A stretch of DNA of 64,000 nucleotides from a virus: positions 1 through 64,000 of the IMG/VR virus record IMGVR_UViG_3300050821_018287; one strand, given 5' to 3'. The stretch's first letter is position 1; each line of letters begins with the position of its first letter. A program made the position numbers and the translations under genes. The notes under the pieces were generated by a model. It did no database searches. It was not told the origin of the DNA and saw only the letters and a program-made list of their open reading frames with translations. Below, piece by piece: positions 8,513 to 18,975 of the stretch.

Positions 8513-9453
8513 CAGACGTTCACCACCAGCAAGTAGGAGACGAGCCCATTAGGTACGGTCGTGGGGATGATCGTGTTCTTCACGATGTCGATCGTTCCAC
8601 CCTCCGGCGCGTTGTCGGCGGTGAGCATGGCCTGGTTGTTGACGCACTTCGCGAGGATTCCGAGCCGGCTTCCTCGCCCAAGCGTCGCAACCGCTGCCGA
8701 AGCGCCCTGCGTCGCTTTCGAGACTCCGGAGACGACCGAGAAGGCCACCAGCCCATCCGTCGTCCCGCCGGGGCTGGCCGCGAGGACGTCAACGACCGCC
8801 TGTCCGAATTGGTCCAGTCCGGAGACGGTGAGCGCGCCACCGTCCCATCCGGTTCCGAACGCTGCGCGCACGCACCGCGGAACGTCGGGGTTGGAGAAGC
8901 TCCCTCCCATCACCGCCGACACCTGATTCGCCGGAAAGGCGGCGGCGTTCACCGACACCGAATCGCTGAGGCCCGGGGTGGTGATGGTGACCACCTGGGC
9001 CGCAAAGGAGATCCCCGCCGGAGGAAGCGTCGGGGTGGTGAGAGGAAGCTTGGAGCCGGCCTCGGTGTCCTCGATGAACCAGGGGGAGAGCGGCATCACG
9101 ACATCGCGCGGTCCGCCCGAGGGCTGGATGGCGGTGATGTCGTAGCCGTAGATGCCGGCAAAGGTGTTGCGGAAGTCGGTGGGCTGAAAGGAGAAGGTGA
9201 CGAGCTGGGGGTTGGAGGGGGAGATTTGCCCCAGCGCGTACATAGCCGCAAACGTGTCGCTCGGCTTTTTCTTGACGGTGAGACCAATCGTCCAATTCGT
9301 CAGCCTCACGAAGCTTCCGTTGGGCCGCTGGATCTGGAAGTTGATGGTGAGGGTGATGGACTTCTGGACACGCACAGGCGTGCGCGGGTTTTGTGGGACG
9401 CTCGGCCGGAAGGCAGAGCCGTCGTTGAGGAGCCCGGTAAGGTTGATGACCAA
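8512..9453 (-). CDS. virion structural protein (BppU-like N-terminal Ig domain)
   Basis: Downstream of the tail fibre; 'GIYGYDI' beta-sandwich motif. Confidence 0.55.
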   Translation of the reverse strand: MVINLTGLLNDGSAFRPSVPQNPRTPVRVQKSITLTINFQIQRPNGSFVRLTNWTIGLTVKKKPSDTFAAMYALGQISPSNPQLVTFSFQPTDFRNTFAGIYGYDITAIQPSGGPRDVVMPLSPWFIEDTEAGSKLPLTTPTLPPAGISFAAQVVTITTPGLSDSVSVNAAAFPANQVSAVMGGSFSNPDVPRCVRAAFGTGWDGGALTVSGLDQFGQAVVDVLAASPGGTTDGLVAFSVVSGVSKATQGASAAVATLGRGSRLGILAKCVNNQAMLTADNAPEGGTIDIVKNTIIPTTVPNGLVSYLLVVNV

Positions 9454-9456
9454 GAC

Positions 9457-12009
9457 TCAGATCTCCGCGTCTGCGGCCCAGTGACCGGTTCCATCCCCAG
9501 TTGGTGTCTGGTTGGCTCCGCTGTTGTTGACCACCTCAATCGCCCCTGTGGAGATGCCGGCTCCAGCAGCGACGCTACCGGCAGCCCCGGCCAGACCAGC
9601 GATGTCCCATTGCCCGGCCGTGCCGTTGGATCGCCAGAAAGACGCGAACGGAGTCGCTCGCTTCTTCGAAAGAAAGCGCGGCCCGAACGAGTACCGCGTG
9701 CCGTTGGCGTAGACGACCCCGCCGGGCGTAGAGCCTACGAACTCACCCGCTGCGCCGACCGATCCAGGAGCGGTGTCCAAGTCGTAAGTCTTCTCGTAGA
9801 ACCGCTGACAGAGAGCAATCTCTCCCGCCTCGCTGACGCCTGCGAGTGAGTACGGAGGGGCTCCTGCTGCCGAAGCACCTGGGTTGAGCTGAACCTGAGA
9901 AACTTCGAACCAGTCATTGGCGCCAGCAGTCCCGACAGGCGTCCAGTAGAACGCTAGCGACGCCTCGGTGATGCCCGAGCCCAAGGCAGGAATGCTCAAA
10001 GCAAATTGCTGGTACGTGCCGGTGGGCGTGACGGTGGTAGCCAGCGGGGTGGCCGGTCCCGAGTTGTAGGCTAGGGCCACCCCGTTTGAGCTGATGACGT
10101 CCTCACCCGCCGTTCCTGGTGCACCACCAAGACCTGTCCCGCCCCCGGTGTTTGTGCCAGTGGCGAGTTGAACGTTGAGATGTCCACTGGCGCCGCTGAA
10201 ATTCGCGCCGACTCGCGCCCAAAAGACGAGAACGGCTTGCTGTCCGGCCATCTGTTTCACGAAGTCGCGGTCAATCTCCTGGTTCAGGACGATCCGATCC
10301 GTACCAGTGTTGGCATTGTTCCGCTGCACGCGGCAACCGCGAGTCGCCAGGAGTCCCGCAATCGAAGCGACAGGAAAAGCGGGGGTAGATCCCGAGTTGG
10401 CTTGGGCGAGTGTCGCGGTGGTCGCGGCCGAGCCAGTGACGCACTCCCATCGATCCGCCGTGTAGAGAAGAGTCATGGCGGAGGTGACAGGATTTCCCGG
10501 CGCAGTCCGGGTCCCGCTGGTGTTGACAGCGAAGGAGGATCCCCGCTGCCAAAAGTCGAAGCGCGAGTTGATGACGAAGTTGCGCTCACTGTCAGCGTAG
10601 GTTTTCGTCGCCGCGTCCTGCGGGTTTACCGGGTCCAGGACATTCTGGACCGGCCGATTGCCTCCGAGCCCGATGAGCGCGCCCGCGGTGGTGACTTGCC
10701 AGTAGCGGGTGTTGTTGGCGAGGAAGGTGGCGGGGTGGTTGGACGTCGCTCCAAACTCAACGTCACCTACGCCTGACGACTGCACCGCCCACGCGCGCGT
10801 CCCATCCGTCCCGTAGATCACGGAGCCGCCGCGGGCGATGTTGAAGTTGCCGTTGCCGGTGAAGGTGAGATCCCCGTTGGCGTTTTCGAGGATGTTCCAA
10901 TCGGGGAAGTAGATGCCCTGCGTGAGGGAGCCGGACGACTTGAAGCGGAGGCTGCCGATCGAATCCATCGACGTCAGGAGCGTCCCGGCGTTGTTCAACC
11001 ACTGCGACAAGTCCCCCGTCTGCCCCGCGGCGCCCTTGAACTGGAAGAGAGGATTGGCGGCGTTGGCCAGCGCGTTCAGGAATTGAACGGTGCCGGTGAA
11101 GGGAGTGGGAGTCGTGGTGTCGACGCGGAAGGCGTTGGTGAGCGTCCCGCCGGCCCCGAAGATGAGGTAGGGGGCGTTGATGGGAGTGATCTCGAACCCA
11201 CCCACCGCGTCCAGCCACACGTCGCTCGTCCCACCAACAGCGCCCGGACCCATGACGGTGCCGATCTGCCGCTGGATGGTCCCCGCCGTCGTGGAGAGCG
11301 TTGCCGTGTTGGAGACGTAGACCGGCGTGCCGGCCGCCGCGGTGAAGGGCGCGCCCGCGTAGCGGCCGATGTACCTCACCACCATCAGCGCCCCGTTCGC
11401 GACGGTGGTGCTACCGAAGGTGTCCGAGACGACCACTCCAAGCAAGCTGTCCACGTTCGCGAGCGCGGTGGCCGGCGCGGTGACGAAGCCGGGGACGGTC
11501 TCCTGTCCCGGGAGCCCAGTCTTGATGGTGGGGTTGGAGGTGACTTGGACGACAGTGCCGGCGGCGAGCGCACCGCCGCTCTGGTTCAGCCCAACGAAGG
11601 GTGGCGGGTTGGACAACAGCGCGTCGTCTCCGCGCAGCAACGTGTTCATCGACGGCTCGGCCCACCCGCCGGTCGTGCTGTCCTGGATCGTCTCGCCCGG
11701 CGCGGGGAGCCGGTTCCTCGACTTCAGAAGACGGATGCCGACGATCTGCGTGTCGCTCTGCTCTGACGGCAACGTGGCGTTGACGGTGAGCTTGATGAGG
11801 TAGGTGCCCTCCTTCTTCGGGGTGAAGGTGGGATTCTGGATGACCGAGTTGGAGAGGAGATCCGACGGGCCCGGAGGTTGGGTGAGGATGACCCAGGCGT
11901 AGGTAAGCTCACCACCGACGTTCAGGTTGTTGAGCTGAACGATGGTGTTGATCGGGAGGTCGTCGTTGGAGCCGGCGACCGCGTTGATGGTGATCTTCGC
12001 CTGGGCCAT
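9457..12009 (-). CDS. tail fibre / receptor-binding protein
   Basis: PKD-like N-terminus; DPVNPQDAATKTYAD fibre motif; RNFVINSRFDFWQRG...EIALCQRFYEK C-terminal domain. Confidence 0.85.
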   Translation of the reverse strand: MAQAKITINAVAGSNDDLPINTIVQLNNLNVGGELTYAWVILTQPPGPSDLLSNSVIQNPTFTPKKEGTYLIKLTVNATLPSEQSDTQIVGIRLLKSRNRLPAPGETIQDSTTGGWAEPSMNTLLRGDDALLSNPPPFVGLNQSGGALAAGTVVQVTSNPTIKTGLPGQETVPGFVTAPATALANVDSLLGVVVSDTFGSTTVANGALMVVRYIGRYAGAPFTAAAGTPVYVSNTATLSTTAGTIQRQIGTVMGPGAVGGTSDVWLDAVGGFEITPINAPYLIFGAGGTLTNAFRVDTTTPTPFTGTVQFLNALANAANPLFQFKGAAGQTGDLSQWLNNAGTLLTSMDSIGSLRFKSSGSLTQGIYFPDWNILENANGDLTFTGNGNFNIARGGSVIYGTDGTRAWAVQSSGVGDVEFGATSNHPATFLANNTRYWQVTTAGALIGLGGNRPVQNVLDPVNPQDAATKTYADSERNFVINSRFDFWQRGSSFAVNTSGTRTAPGNPVTSAMTLLYTADRWECVTGSAATTATLAQANSGSTPAFPVASIAGLLATRGCRVQRNNANTGTDRIVLNQEIDRDFVKQMAGQQAVLVFWARVGANFSGASGHLNVQLATGTNTGGGTGLGGAPGTAGEDVISSNGVALAYNSGPATPLATTVTPTGTYQQFALSIPALGSGITEASLAFYWTPVGTAGANDWFEVSQVQLNPGASAAGAPPYSLAGVSEAGEIALCQRFYEKTYDLDTAPGSVGAAGEFVGSTPGGVVYANGTRYSFGPRFLSKKRATPFASFWRSNGTAGQWDIAGLAGAAGSVAAGAGISTGAIEVVNNSGANQTPTGDGTGHWAADAEI

Positions 12010-12023
12010 TGCGGGCTCTCAGT

Positions 12024-13196
12024 CTAGTAGCTGTAGGCGCCGTTGATGAAGAGGACGGTGGGGTTGGCCAGCGTCGCCGCCGTGTCCGGGTCATCGCGGA
12101 TTCGGAACATGGCGAAGGGCGCGCCCAGGACGGCGCCGGAGCCGATGTCGCCGTTGGTGGGGTTGCTCGACGCGGCGCCGGAGATCCTCGCCAGGTCCGT
12201 CGCAGTGAGGTTGCCGAAGACGGGCGGAGAGAAGCTGAGCTGCTCCTTCGTGGGGCCGGTCGGTGAGACGAAGTTGCCGGTGTCCCCGCCGGGGATGAGC
12301 TGGGTGATGGGGCCGCCGAGGAGGTAGACAAACATCGCCGCTCGCCCGATGTCCACCGAGTCCCCCACGAAAACGACGTTGAGACCCGGGGGCGCGATGA
12401 GCTGGTTGACGGTGGGGAGGTTGGGGCCGCCGCCGGTGGTGGAGATGGACACCTGGGCGGTGAAGGCGCCGACGTTGCCCGGGAGGAGCTGGGCGCGCTG
12501 ATCGACGATGTTGGTGTCGGTGACGCTGACGGTGGCGTTGGTGACGTGGACGCGGGCGATGATGACGTAGCCGGGGGAAGCCGAGGGCACCGCCGCGGTG
12601 CCGACGGTAGCCGCGACACCTACCTTGTAGCCGATGCTGGAGGTGCTGTTGGCTGGTGAGACGACTCGCCCGTGGCGCCCGTTCTGGTTCCAGGCGAGGG
12701 TCTTGTTGACGCTGGTGGAGGTGAAGGCACCGGTGCCGGCGTTGAAGACGTCCCGGTTGGCGGCGTCCTGGAGACGCCGATCGTAGGTCACCTCGATGAT
12801 ATCGTAACGCTCCTGGCCCACGCCCGGCGCTGCGTCGATCGCCACCGTCTCGTCCGCGGTGAGGGAGAGAGGCTTGTAGGCTTGGAGATCGTCCACCCCC
12901 ACGATGCCGCCGATCGCCGCGGGGACGTCGGAGGCGTTGTAGAAGAAGCCCAGGCCCGCCTTCAGAAGGACCGTGAAGGCGGCGGGAGTCGTCGGACGAA
13001 TCCGGAACCCGTCGGCGAGAAAAGCTGCCGTCGGAGGCGGAACCGACGAAGGATCGACGATGGAGTTGCGCTTGGAGAAGACGCGCTGGAGGTACTCCCG
13101 AAAGGACTGGTTCAGGCGGGATTGCGCCGTGTTCAGGTCCGTCGAGGCCGGGCGCTCGTTGAAGTTGAGGATCTCTTGGTCGAAGGCGTTGTTCAT
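12024..13196 (-). CDS. baseplate / tail-fibre attachment protein
   Basis: Position; 'RYDII...IIARVHV...IVDQR' motif of fibre-proximal proteins. Confidence 0.65.
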   Translation of the reverse strand: MNNAFDQEILNFNERPASTDLNTAQSRLNQSFREYLQRVFSKRNSIVDPSSVPPPTAAFLADGFRIRPTTPAAFTVLLKAGLGFFYNASDVPAAIGGIVGVDDLQAYKPLSLTADETVAIDAAPGVGQERYDIIEVTYDRRLQDAANRDVFNAGTGAFTSTSVNKTLAWNQNGRHGRVVSPANSTSSIGYKVGVAATVGTAAVPSASPGYVIIARVHVTNATVSVTDTNIVDQRAQLLPGNVGAFTAQVSISTTGGGPNLPTVNQLIAPPGLNVVFVGDSVDIGRAAMFVYLLGGPITQLIPGGDTGNFVSPTGPTKEQLSFSPPVFGNLTATDLARISGAASSNPTNGDIGSGAVLGAPFAMFRIRDDPDTAATLANPTVLFINGAYSY

Positions 13197-13199
13197 GGG

Positions 13200-14774
13200 T
13201 CACTGTCCCGAGAGTTCAATCGTGGCAAAGATCCCCGCTGCCTTCACCTGTTGAAGGGTCTGGTAGAGGGTGTTGTACACCGCATTCTTCTGGACGTCGA
13301 TCCCGTCATAGAAGCCCGGGATCTCCGCCGGATTCAGGCCCGCCGAGGGTACGTCAAACGCGGACGGCGCGCGGTGCCCTCCGGAGACCGGGCTTTGGAG
13401 CTGCTGAGCATTCTCCGCCGTGTCGTCGTACACCATCCCATAGTCGGTGAGCGGCTGGAGGTTGTCGACGAGGACGAAGAAGGCGCCGCGCAGGGTGTTC
13501 TCGTCCAACCACCGGTTTCGAAACGGAGTGGGTGGACGCGGGTCGTCGTAGACGAAGCAGTTGGGGTCGTAGTTGGAGCCGGGGATCGTCGTGTTCGGCG
13601 CGTCCCAGCACGTCTGGAAGGTGATGTTCCAGGTCTCGATGACGGTGAAGTTGGCGCTGAAGGGGGAAAGGATCTGCTTGGCGTTCCGGTTGATCGCGTC
13701 GGGGCTGATGGTGTCCGGAAGCGTCCGGACGCGCGCGCGGTAAGCCGCGTCGATCTCGCCCGCATTGCGGATGATACCGCGGTCCACTCCATGCTGGTCC
13801 AGCGCCGGGTCCGCCCCGCCGGTCGTCGGCTGAGCCTGGGAGACGGTGATGGATGGATCCCCCAACGGTGGGTTTTCGATGAGGGTGGAGATGGTATCGA
13901 TGTCCCCCAGGAGCGCGGTTCCGTCCCCGGCGATGACTGTTCCGGGTACGTTCCACTCGTACCCCTTCGCGACGGCGACGACGGGTACGGTGAAGGGTCC
14001 CAGGTCATTCTGGTTGAAGGTGACGTCCTGCGTCGTGAAGAAGCTCCGACCGCCGCTGCTCGTCGTGACGATCGTCCCCGCCTTGACGGTGACGGTGAAG
14101 GTCACCTCGGACCAGGAGATCTCCCCGTTGTTCACGTCCGGCACCACCGCCGCCGCGTTCACCACGTCGAGGGTGGAGGGGCTGACGAAGGCGGCGATCT
14201 GGAAGGTGCCGTTGTTGGTGAGCGCGTTCGCGTCGGAGATCTGGAGAAACTGGCCCACGTCATTCGCCGTGAAGCCGGAGAGCCCGGTGACGCGCATGTT
14301 CCCCGCTGCCGCACCGGATACGATGGAAGCGGCGGCGCCCTTCGGCCCCAGCGGCACCCCGTTCGTCAGGACCGAGCCGCGCTGAAGCTGGATGTTGCCC
14401 GCCGCGGCCATCCCCCCGGAGGATGTGCTGATGAAGGAGTCACAGCCGAGGTTGGCGAGGGCGGTGGAGAGCCGCGCCATCATCTTCCCGATCGCCTGGA
14501 AGATTTCGTAACCCGGCCCGGGATTCTTGAGCGCAGCGAGGTAGCCCTCCGGGAAGATGCGGCTGAAGAGGGAGAGGAAGTCGGCCTGGGTGAAGGCGGT
14601 GATGGGGCAAGGCAACTGCGGGGAAGCCGTCGCCGCCGCGTTGGGGGGCTGGACGATCGTCGGTGTGACGATGAGCGTCCACGAGAGGGGGTGGTTGGGC
14701 GTCGAGCCCGGGTTGAACGGGTTGAAGCTCGGCGGCGCCGGATTGGGGGCGAAGAAGCTGAAGCTGCCGGGCAT
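13200..14774 (-). CDS. baseplate wedge protein (second J-like domain)
   Basis: VKAGTIV...FFTTQDVTF...TTGGAD...AYRARV; C-terminal KAAGI. Confidence 0.7.
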   Translation of the reverse strand: MPGSFSFFAPNPAPPSFNPFNPGSTPNHPLSWTLIVTPTIVQPPNAAATASPQLPCPITAFTQADFLSLFSRIFPEGYLAALKNPGPGYEIFQAIGKMMARLSTALANLGCDSFISTSSGGMAAAGNIQLQRGSVLTNGVPLGPKGAAASIVSGAAAGNMRVTGLSGFTANDVGQFLQISDANALTNNGTFQIAAFVSPSTLDVVNAAAVVPDVNNGEISWSEVTFTVTVKAGTIVTTSSGGRSFFTTQDVTFNQNDLGPFTVPVVAVAKGYEWNVPGTVIAGDGTALLGDIDTISTLIENPPLGDPSITVSQAQPTTGGADPALDQHGVDRGIIRNAGEIDAAYRARVRTLPDTISPDAINRNAKQILSPFSANFTVIETWNITFQTCWDAPNTTIPGSNYDPNCFVYDDPRPPTPFRNRWLDENTLRGAFFVLVDNLQPLTDYGMVYDDTAENAQQLQSPVSGGHRAPSAFDVPSAGLNPAEIPGFYDGIDVQKNAVYNTLYQTLQQVKAAGIFATIELSGQ

Positions 14775-15185
14775 CTACGGATTCTCCTGTCCCGTGACGT
14801 CGACCGCGTTGGGGATGAAGGTGGGGGACGCGGGCCACCCGCCGATCCGCAGGATGTTCGCGTACTGGAAACCTCCCGCAATCGCTGTCCGACTTCCGGT
14901 GTAGTTGGCGCTAAAGTTCAAGCCGTCGTGCACCACCTCGTACATCCCCAGGACCGGGTACTGCGCGAGGATGATGATGCTGCGGAAGGCGTTGTTGGCG
15001 GGGCTCGTGACTTGGAAGGCGATGGGGGAGGTGGGCTGAAGCGCGGAGCCGGTCGCCGGGACGATGTTGGAGACGACCGGAGGCGCAGAAGGGCCCGCCA
15101 AGGCGATCCCCAGCTCGATTGAATGCGATCCCACATTGGCGAATTCGATGCCTTTGTGGTTCGACAGCTCGACAGGATTGGCCAC
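14775..15185 (-). CDS. small Ig-like structural protein
   Basis: GTG at 15185 with GAGGAG RBS; beta-rich. Confidence 0.6.
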   Translation of the reverse strand: MANPVELSNHKGIEFANVGSHSIELGIALAGPSAPPVVSNIVPATGSALQPTSPIAFQVTSPANNAFRSIIILAQYPVLGMYEVVHDGLNFSANYTGSRTAIAGGFQYANILRIGGWPASPTFIPNAVDVTGQENP

Positions 15186-15195
15186 TGCTCTCTCC

Positions 15196-16164
15196 TCAGA
15201 GCGTCGGGTTGGACCCGTCCCAAGGAACGGTGCACTGGTTGATGTAGAGGCGGTCGTTGGTGGTGACCAGCGAACCGACGGAGCCGGTGGGTCGAGGCGC
15301 CGCCGTCGAGCCGGTGCATCCCCAGTAGCAATCCTGGGCGAAACCCTTCGCGAAGATTGGAGCGGTGACTCCCACGAAGAGGATCTCCAAAGCACCGTCT
15401 TTCGCGGTGCTTGGATCCGTCGCCCAGTTGTTCACGTTCGGAGGAGCGGAAGAGGTGACGTTCTGCGCCACACCGCCCACGCTTCCGAACACCCTGGAGC
15501 CTCCCACGATGTCCGAGCCGAAGACGCTGCTGGAGGAAGCCCCGACGTAGTTGAAGATCGGATCCGTGTCGCCCGAGTTGAAGACCGCGGAGGTCACCGG
15601 GTCCGGCGACATGATGAACATGCCGTGGGTCTGAGAGCTGGCGCCGGCCCCAATGGTCCACCCGACGCTGAAGAAGGGGTAGGCGGTGATCGCGGTACCG
15701 ATGCCTCCCGGCTGAACCGCGGTACCAACCGACTGCGCGGCGCAAGAGAAACGGTAGGCGCCGTCCGTGCCGAAGAAGGCGGAGAAGCTCGGCGACGCAT
15801 CCGTTCCAGCTCCGAGCAACGTCTGGCTGTCGGAAGCGCTCGGCACCTGGGTCGCGCTCGGAGAGCCGGTGACAAACTTCGCGAGCGGCGAATAGGTGAC
15901 GCGCCAGTTGGGGTTGGACGTGCCGCGCTGGAAGACGTACTCGCGGCGGGTGCCGGGATCCTGCACCCGGAACCAAGCGCTGTTGTTGGCCAGGCCTCCC
16001 CCGCCAGATCCTCCGCTGGAGATCTGGTTCCCCGACGAGTTGTAGGTGGTGCCGTCCGAGCTGGACTTCACGACCCAACCCGCGGCGATCAACCGTCCGA
16101 GGATGAGAAACATCGCCGCGGCGCCGGTCGCCGGGGTGTTGTTGGTGGAGAATTGCCAGGCCAT
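15196..16164 (-). CDS. virion structural protein (baseplate region)
   Basis: Ser/Gly/Thr-rich beta protein inside the baseplate operon. Confidence 0.6.
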   Translation of the reverse strand: MAWQFSTNNTPATGAAAMFLILGRLIAAGWVVKSSSDGTTYNSSGNQISSGGSGGGGLANNSAWFRVQDPGTRREYVFQRGTSNPNWRVTYSPLAKFVTGSPSATQVPSASDSQTLLGAGTDASPSFSAFFGTDGAYRFSCAAQSVGTAVQPGGIGTAITAYPFFSVGWTIGAGASSQTHGMFIMSPDPVTSAVFNSGDTDPIFNYVGASSSSVFGSDIVGGSRVFGSVGGVAQNVTSSAPPNVNNWATDPSTAKDGALEILFVGVTAPIFAKGFAQDCYWGCTGSTAAPRPTGSVGSLVTTNDRLYINQCTVPWDGSNPTL

Positions 16165-16174
16165 TTATCGGTCC

Positions 16175-17386
16175 TCAGTGCGAGACGACAAAAGCGTCAG
16201 GGTTGTTGCCGGTGATGATCGGCTGGTTGTTCTGCGCAGCGGTCGCCGCCACGAGCCCCAGCGTCGTACGGATGACCTGAAGCGGCGTGGGGGTGATGTT
16301 CCCGGCCGGCGACAGAAGCTCGCTGCCGGTGAATTGGAGGCCCGGGACGAGCTTGATGAGGGCCAGGAGGTTCAGCGCGACGAAGGGCGCGCCGGGAGGA
16401 AGCGCGTTGACGTAGTTGACCACCGTCCCGCGTGCCAGGAGCGCCGTCGCGTTCACGTCCGCGCCCGCGATGAAGGTGAGCGCGAGCTGGATCGCCTGGA
16501 GGATGACGTTGGCCACGGTCACCTGGACGAAGATCCCCGCCGGTCGAACGTCCGACAAAGCGTCGAAGACGTTGGTGGCGATGAGCTGGCTTTGGATCTG
16601 GTACGCGGGTGGGACCACCGACGTGTTGACGAACTGCTGCGCGAAAGCGTCCGCCACCACCAGCTCCACCAGGCGCGCCGGTCGCCCCGAAACGTCCACC
16701 GCTTCGAACGCGGTGGCGGTGCGGATGCCAGGAACGGCGAGCGCCGCCGCCTGGAGCGCGGCCAGGGTGCCTCGGCGCGCAGTGGTGAAGAAGCGCCGGG
16801 CCCTGTCTCTGAGGCTGTCGTCCGACTCTGCGTCATCGGCACCGGTCGTGGCGACGATGTTGTTGACGACGAGGTTGGTGGGCTGACCCGAGATCTGGCT
16901 GGTGATGCTGGTGATGGTGCCGATCTTGGCGGCCTGGTTCGCGCCGGCCAGGATGCTCCGCACAGCCACCGTCAGCGGGCCCAACGTCCCGGCAACGAAG
17001 ATCCCGTCAGCGGTGGTGATGTACTGAATGCCGTCCGTCGTCGAGAGCTGGGTGCCGGTAGGGATGGTGAAGGTGGCTCCGGCCGGAGTGGGGGTGGAGA
17101 ACTGGACGGAGCCGATGGCCGCTGCCGCCGCCTTCCGGAGGAGCCCGTAGCGATCGAATACGAGCCGGTCCAGATCCGAGCCGGAAGCCGAGTCCAGGAA
17201 GAGGGACGCGGCGAGATCCGTGATGGAGCCCACCACCTGATCCGCGGCGGCGGAAGCTCCGGCGATGATGATATTGGCGTCGGCGCCGTCCCGCTCCACA
17301 GCGTCCCGGGAGATGCGCGGGTTGCGCGAGAGGATCTCATCCCGGCCGGCGCGGAAGAGGTCAGTGAATGTGGGCAAGTCAGGCAT
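16175..17386 (-). CDS. baseplate J / gp47-like wedge protein
   Basis: ASGSDLDRL, IPTGT, GADDAESDDSLRDR motifs. Confidence 0.92.
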   Translation of the reverse strand: MPDLPTFTDLFRAGRDEILSRNPRISRDAVERDGADANIIIAGASAAADQVVGSITDLAASLFLDSASGSDLDRLVFDRYGLLRKAAAAAIGSVQFSTPTPAGATFTIPTGTQLSTTDGIQYITTADGIFVAGTLGPLTVAVRSILAGANQAAKIGTITSITSQISGQPTNLVVNNIVATTGADDAESDDSLRDRARRFFTTARRGTLAALQAAALAVPGIRTATAFEAVDVSGRPARLVELVVADAFAQQFVNTSVVPPAYQIQSQLIATNVFDALSDVRPAGIFVQVTVANVILQAIQLALTFIAGADVNATALLARGTVVNYVNALPPGAPFVALNLLALIKLVPGLQFTGSELLSPAGNITPTPLQVIRTTLGLVAATAAQNNQPIITGNNPDAFVVSH

Positions 17387-17398
17387 CGCCTTCGTCCT

Positions 17399-18535
17399 CT
17401 AAAGCGCCAGCGTAGCAGGGACCGTGACCGACACGGGCTCCCCGGTTGCTTTGTCCACTCCGTCCGCCGTCAGAAGAAGCTCATTCGTGCTGGGGTCCAG
17501 TAGCATTGAAACGTTGACCGACGCCACCTCCGGCTCCTGGAGGATCTGTTGCTCGGCGAGCGCCTTCAGCTTCGTCAGATCCGTCGTCGGAAGCGCCTCC
17601 TTCACCCTCAACCCCACCCCGTAGTTGGGGAGGTGGAAAAACTCGCTCGGCTTCGTCGTCAGCCGGCGCAGCATCAGCTTCCTCGTGAGCGCGGGACCGG
17701 AAACCGTCTTGTAGTCCCCCGAACCGTCCACAATCATCGTTCCGCCGATGAGCGTGCTGGCGGTGCCAGAGACGGGGGTGTTGGCGAAGTCGGTGGAGGT
17801 GACCTTCCGTTGCGCGAGACGCGCGGTGTTGGAGATGGTGTTGAAGTCCACCAGGCCCGCGAAGTTGGCTTGACGCGGTGCGACGAGGACGTGCCCACCG
17901 GTGTCGAGGAGGGTGGTGGAAGAGATCTGGTGGAGGACGTTGGACGGAGCGAACGGCTCCAGCGTCATCACCCCGAAGGACGTGGGGGAGAACTGCTCCA
18001 CCTCCACCGCGTGGAAGACGAAGCCCGTGTCCAGCCGTTGGATGAGCCAGGTGGCCGGGTTGAGCGCGTCCCCGGGCACCACCGCCGACGTCGCCAGCGG
18101 GGGCTCGGACAGGATGATGCGGACCTCGTGCGTGGAGATCGCCACGGCCGAAACAACGTGGACCCCTACACCAATCTCCGTCGATCCGTAGGGCGTGATG
18201 CCGAACGGATCCAGCCCCCACCCGAGCGGCGAGGCGAGGACGGAGATCGAGAGAAGATCCCCCAACTGGAGACCCACCGTGTCCTGGACGGTGAAGGATT
18301 GGGTACCCGGGGTGTTCAGGACACCGAAGAAGGTGTGCACCCCCGCGTCACCGCCGGTGAAGGTGTAGTCGGCGGGGAGCACCGCCGCCGGATCCGACGA
18401 GGTGAAGTGGACGGTTCCGGTGTAGCCGGCCTGGACGTTTCCGCTCGCGTCGAGCGCGGTGACGATGAGCGCGCCCTTCACGCCCCCGACGATCGGGGTG
18501 GGGAAGTTGGTGATGAGGAAGTGGTCCAGGGCCAT
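17399..18535 (-). CDS. baseplate gp25/W-like sheath initiator with N-terminal Ig-like extension
   Basis: C-terminal RRLTT.P.EFFHLPNYGVGL...ILQEPEV. Confidence 0.7.
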   Translation of the reverse strand: MALDHFLITNFPTPIVGGVKGALIVTALDASGNVQAGYTGTVHFTSSDPAAVLPADYTFTGGDAGVHTFFGVLNTPGTQSFTVQDTVGLQLGDLLSISVLASPLGWGLDPFGITPYGSTEIGVGVHVVSAVAISTHEVRIILSEPPLATSAVVPGDALNPATWLIQRLDTGFVFHAVEVEQFSPTSFGVMTLEPFAPSNVLHQISSTTLLDTGGHVLVAPRQANFAGLVDFNTISNTARLAQRKVTSTDFANTPVSGTASTLIGGTMIVDGSGDYKTVSGPALTRKLMLRRLTTKPSEFFHLPNYGVGLRVKEALPTTDLTKLKALAEQQILQEPEVASVNVSMLLDPSTNELLLTADGVDKATGEPVSVTVPATLAL

Positions 18536-18538
18536 TGG

Positions 18539-18964
18539 TTAGGGGATCGTGGTGTTGTTGGTGTCGACGCGCCGCCAGTTGGTCCCGTCGCTGTAGACGG
18601 GCTGACCCGCCGCGCCGAGGCTCGAAACGAGGGCCATTCCACCGGGCCAGGTCGCCGCGGAGGGAAGCGCAGCTCCGTTAGCGAAGACGGGGAGCTGGGC
18701 AGGGAGCGTCGGAGTCGCCCCGCTGCTGCCCTCCTGAACCCGGAGCAGAGCCAAAAGCCCGGCGATGAACGAGGTCACCATGCCTGGAGGGACCTGCGAA
18801 GAAGCAACACCACCAAGCGGTGACGGAAGAGTCGTCGATGGGATCGCCAACCAAGTAAAGTTGGACGGTGCGGTGGCTCCATTGGCGAAGATGTTGATCA
18901 TCTCTGTCGCAATGGCGTTCGCCTTTGCGAGATCTGCGGCTGTGAAAACGCTTGGGGCTGGCAT
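18539..18964 (-). CDS. structural protein
   Basis: C-terminal VYSDGTNWRRV fibre/decoration motif. Confidence 0.6.
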   Translation of the reverse strand: MPAPSVFTAADLAKANAIATEMINIFANGATAPSNFTWLAIPSTTLPSPLGGVASSQVPPGMVTSFIAGLLALLRVQEGSSGATPTLPAQLPVFANGAALPSAATWPGGMALVSSLGAAGQPVYSDGTNWRRVDTNNTTIP

Positions 18965-18975
18965 AGGGTTCTTCT

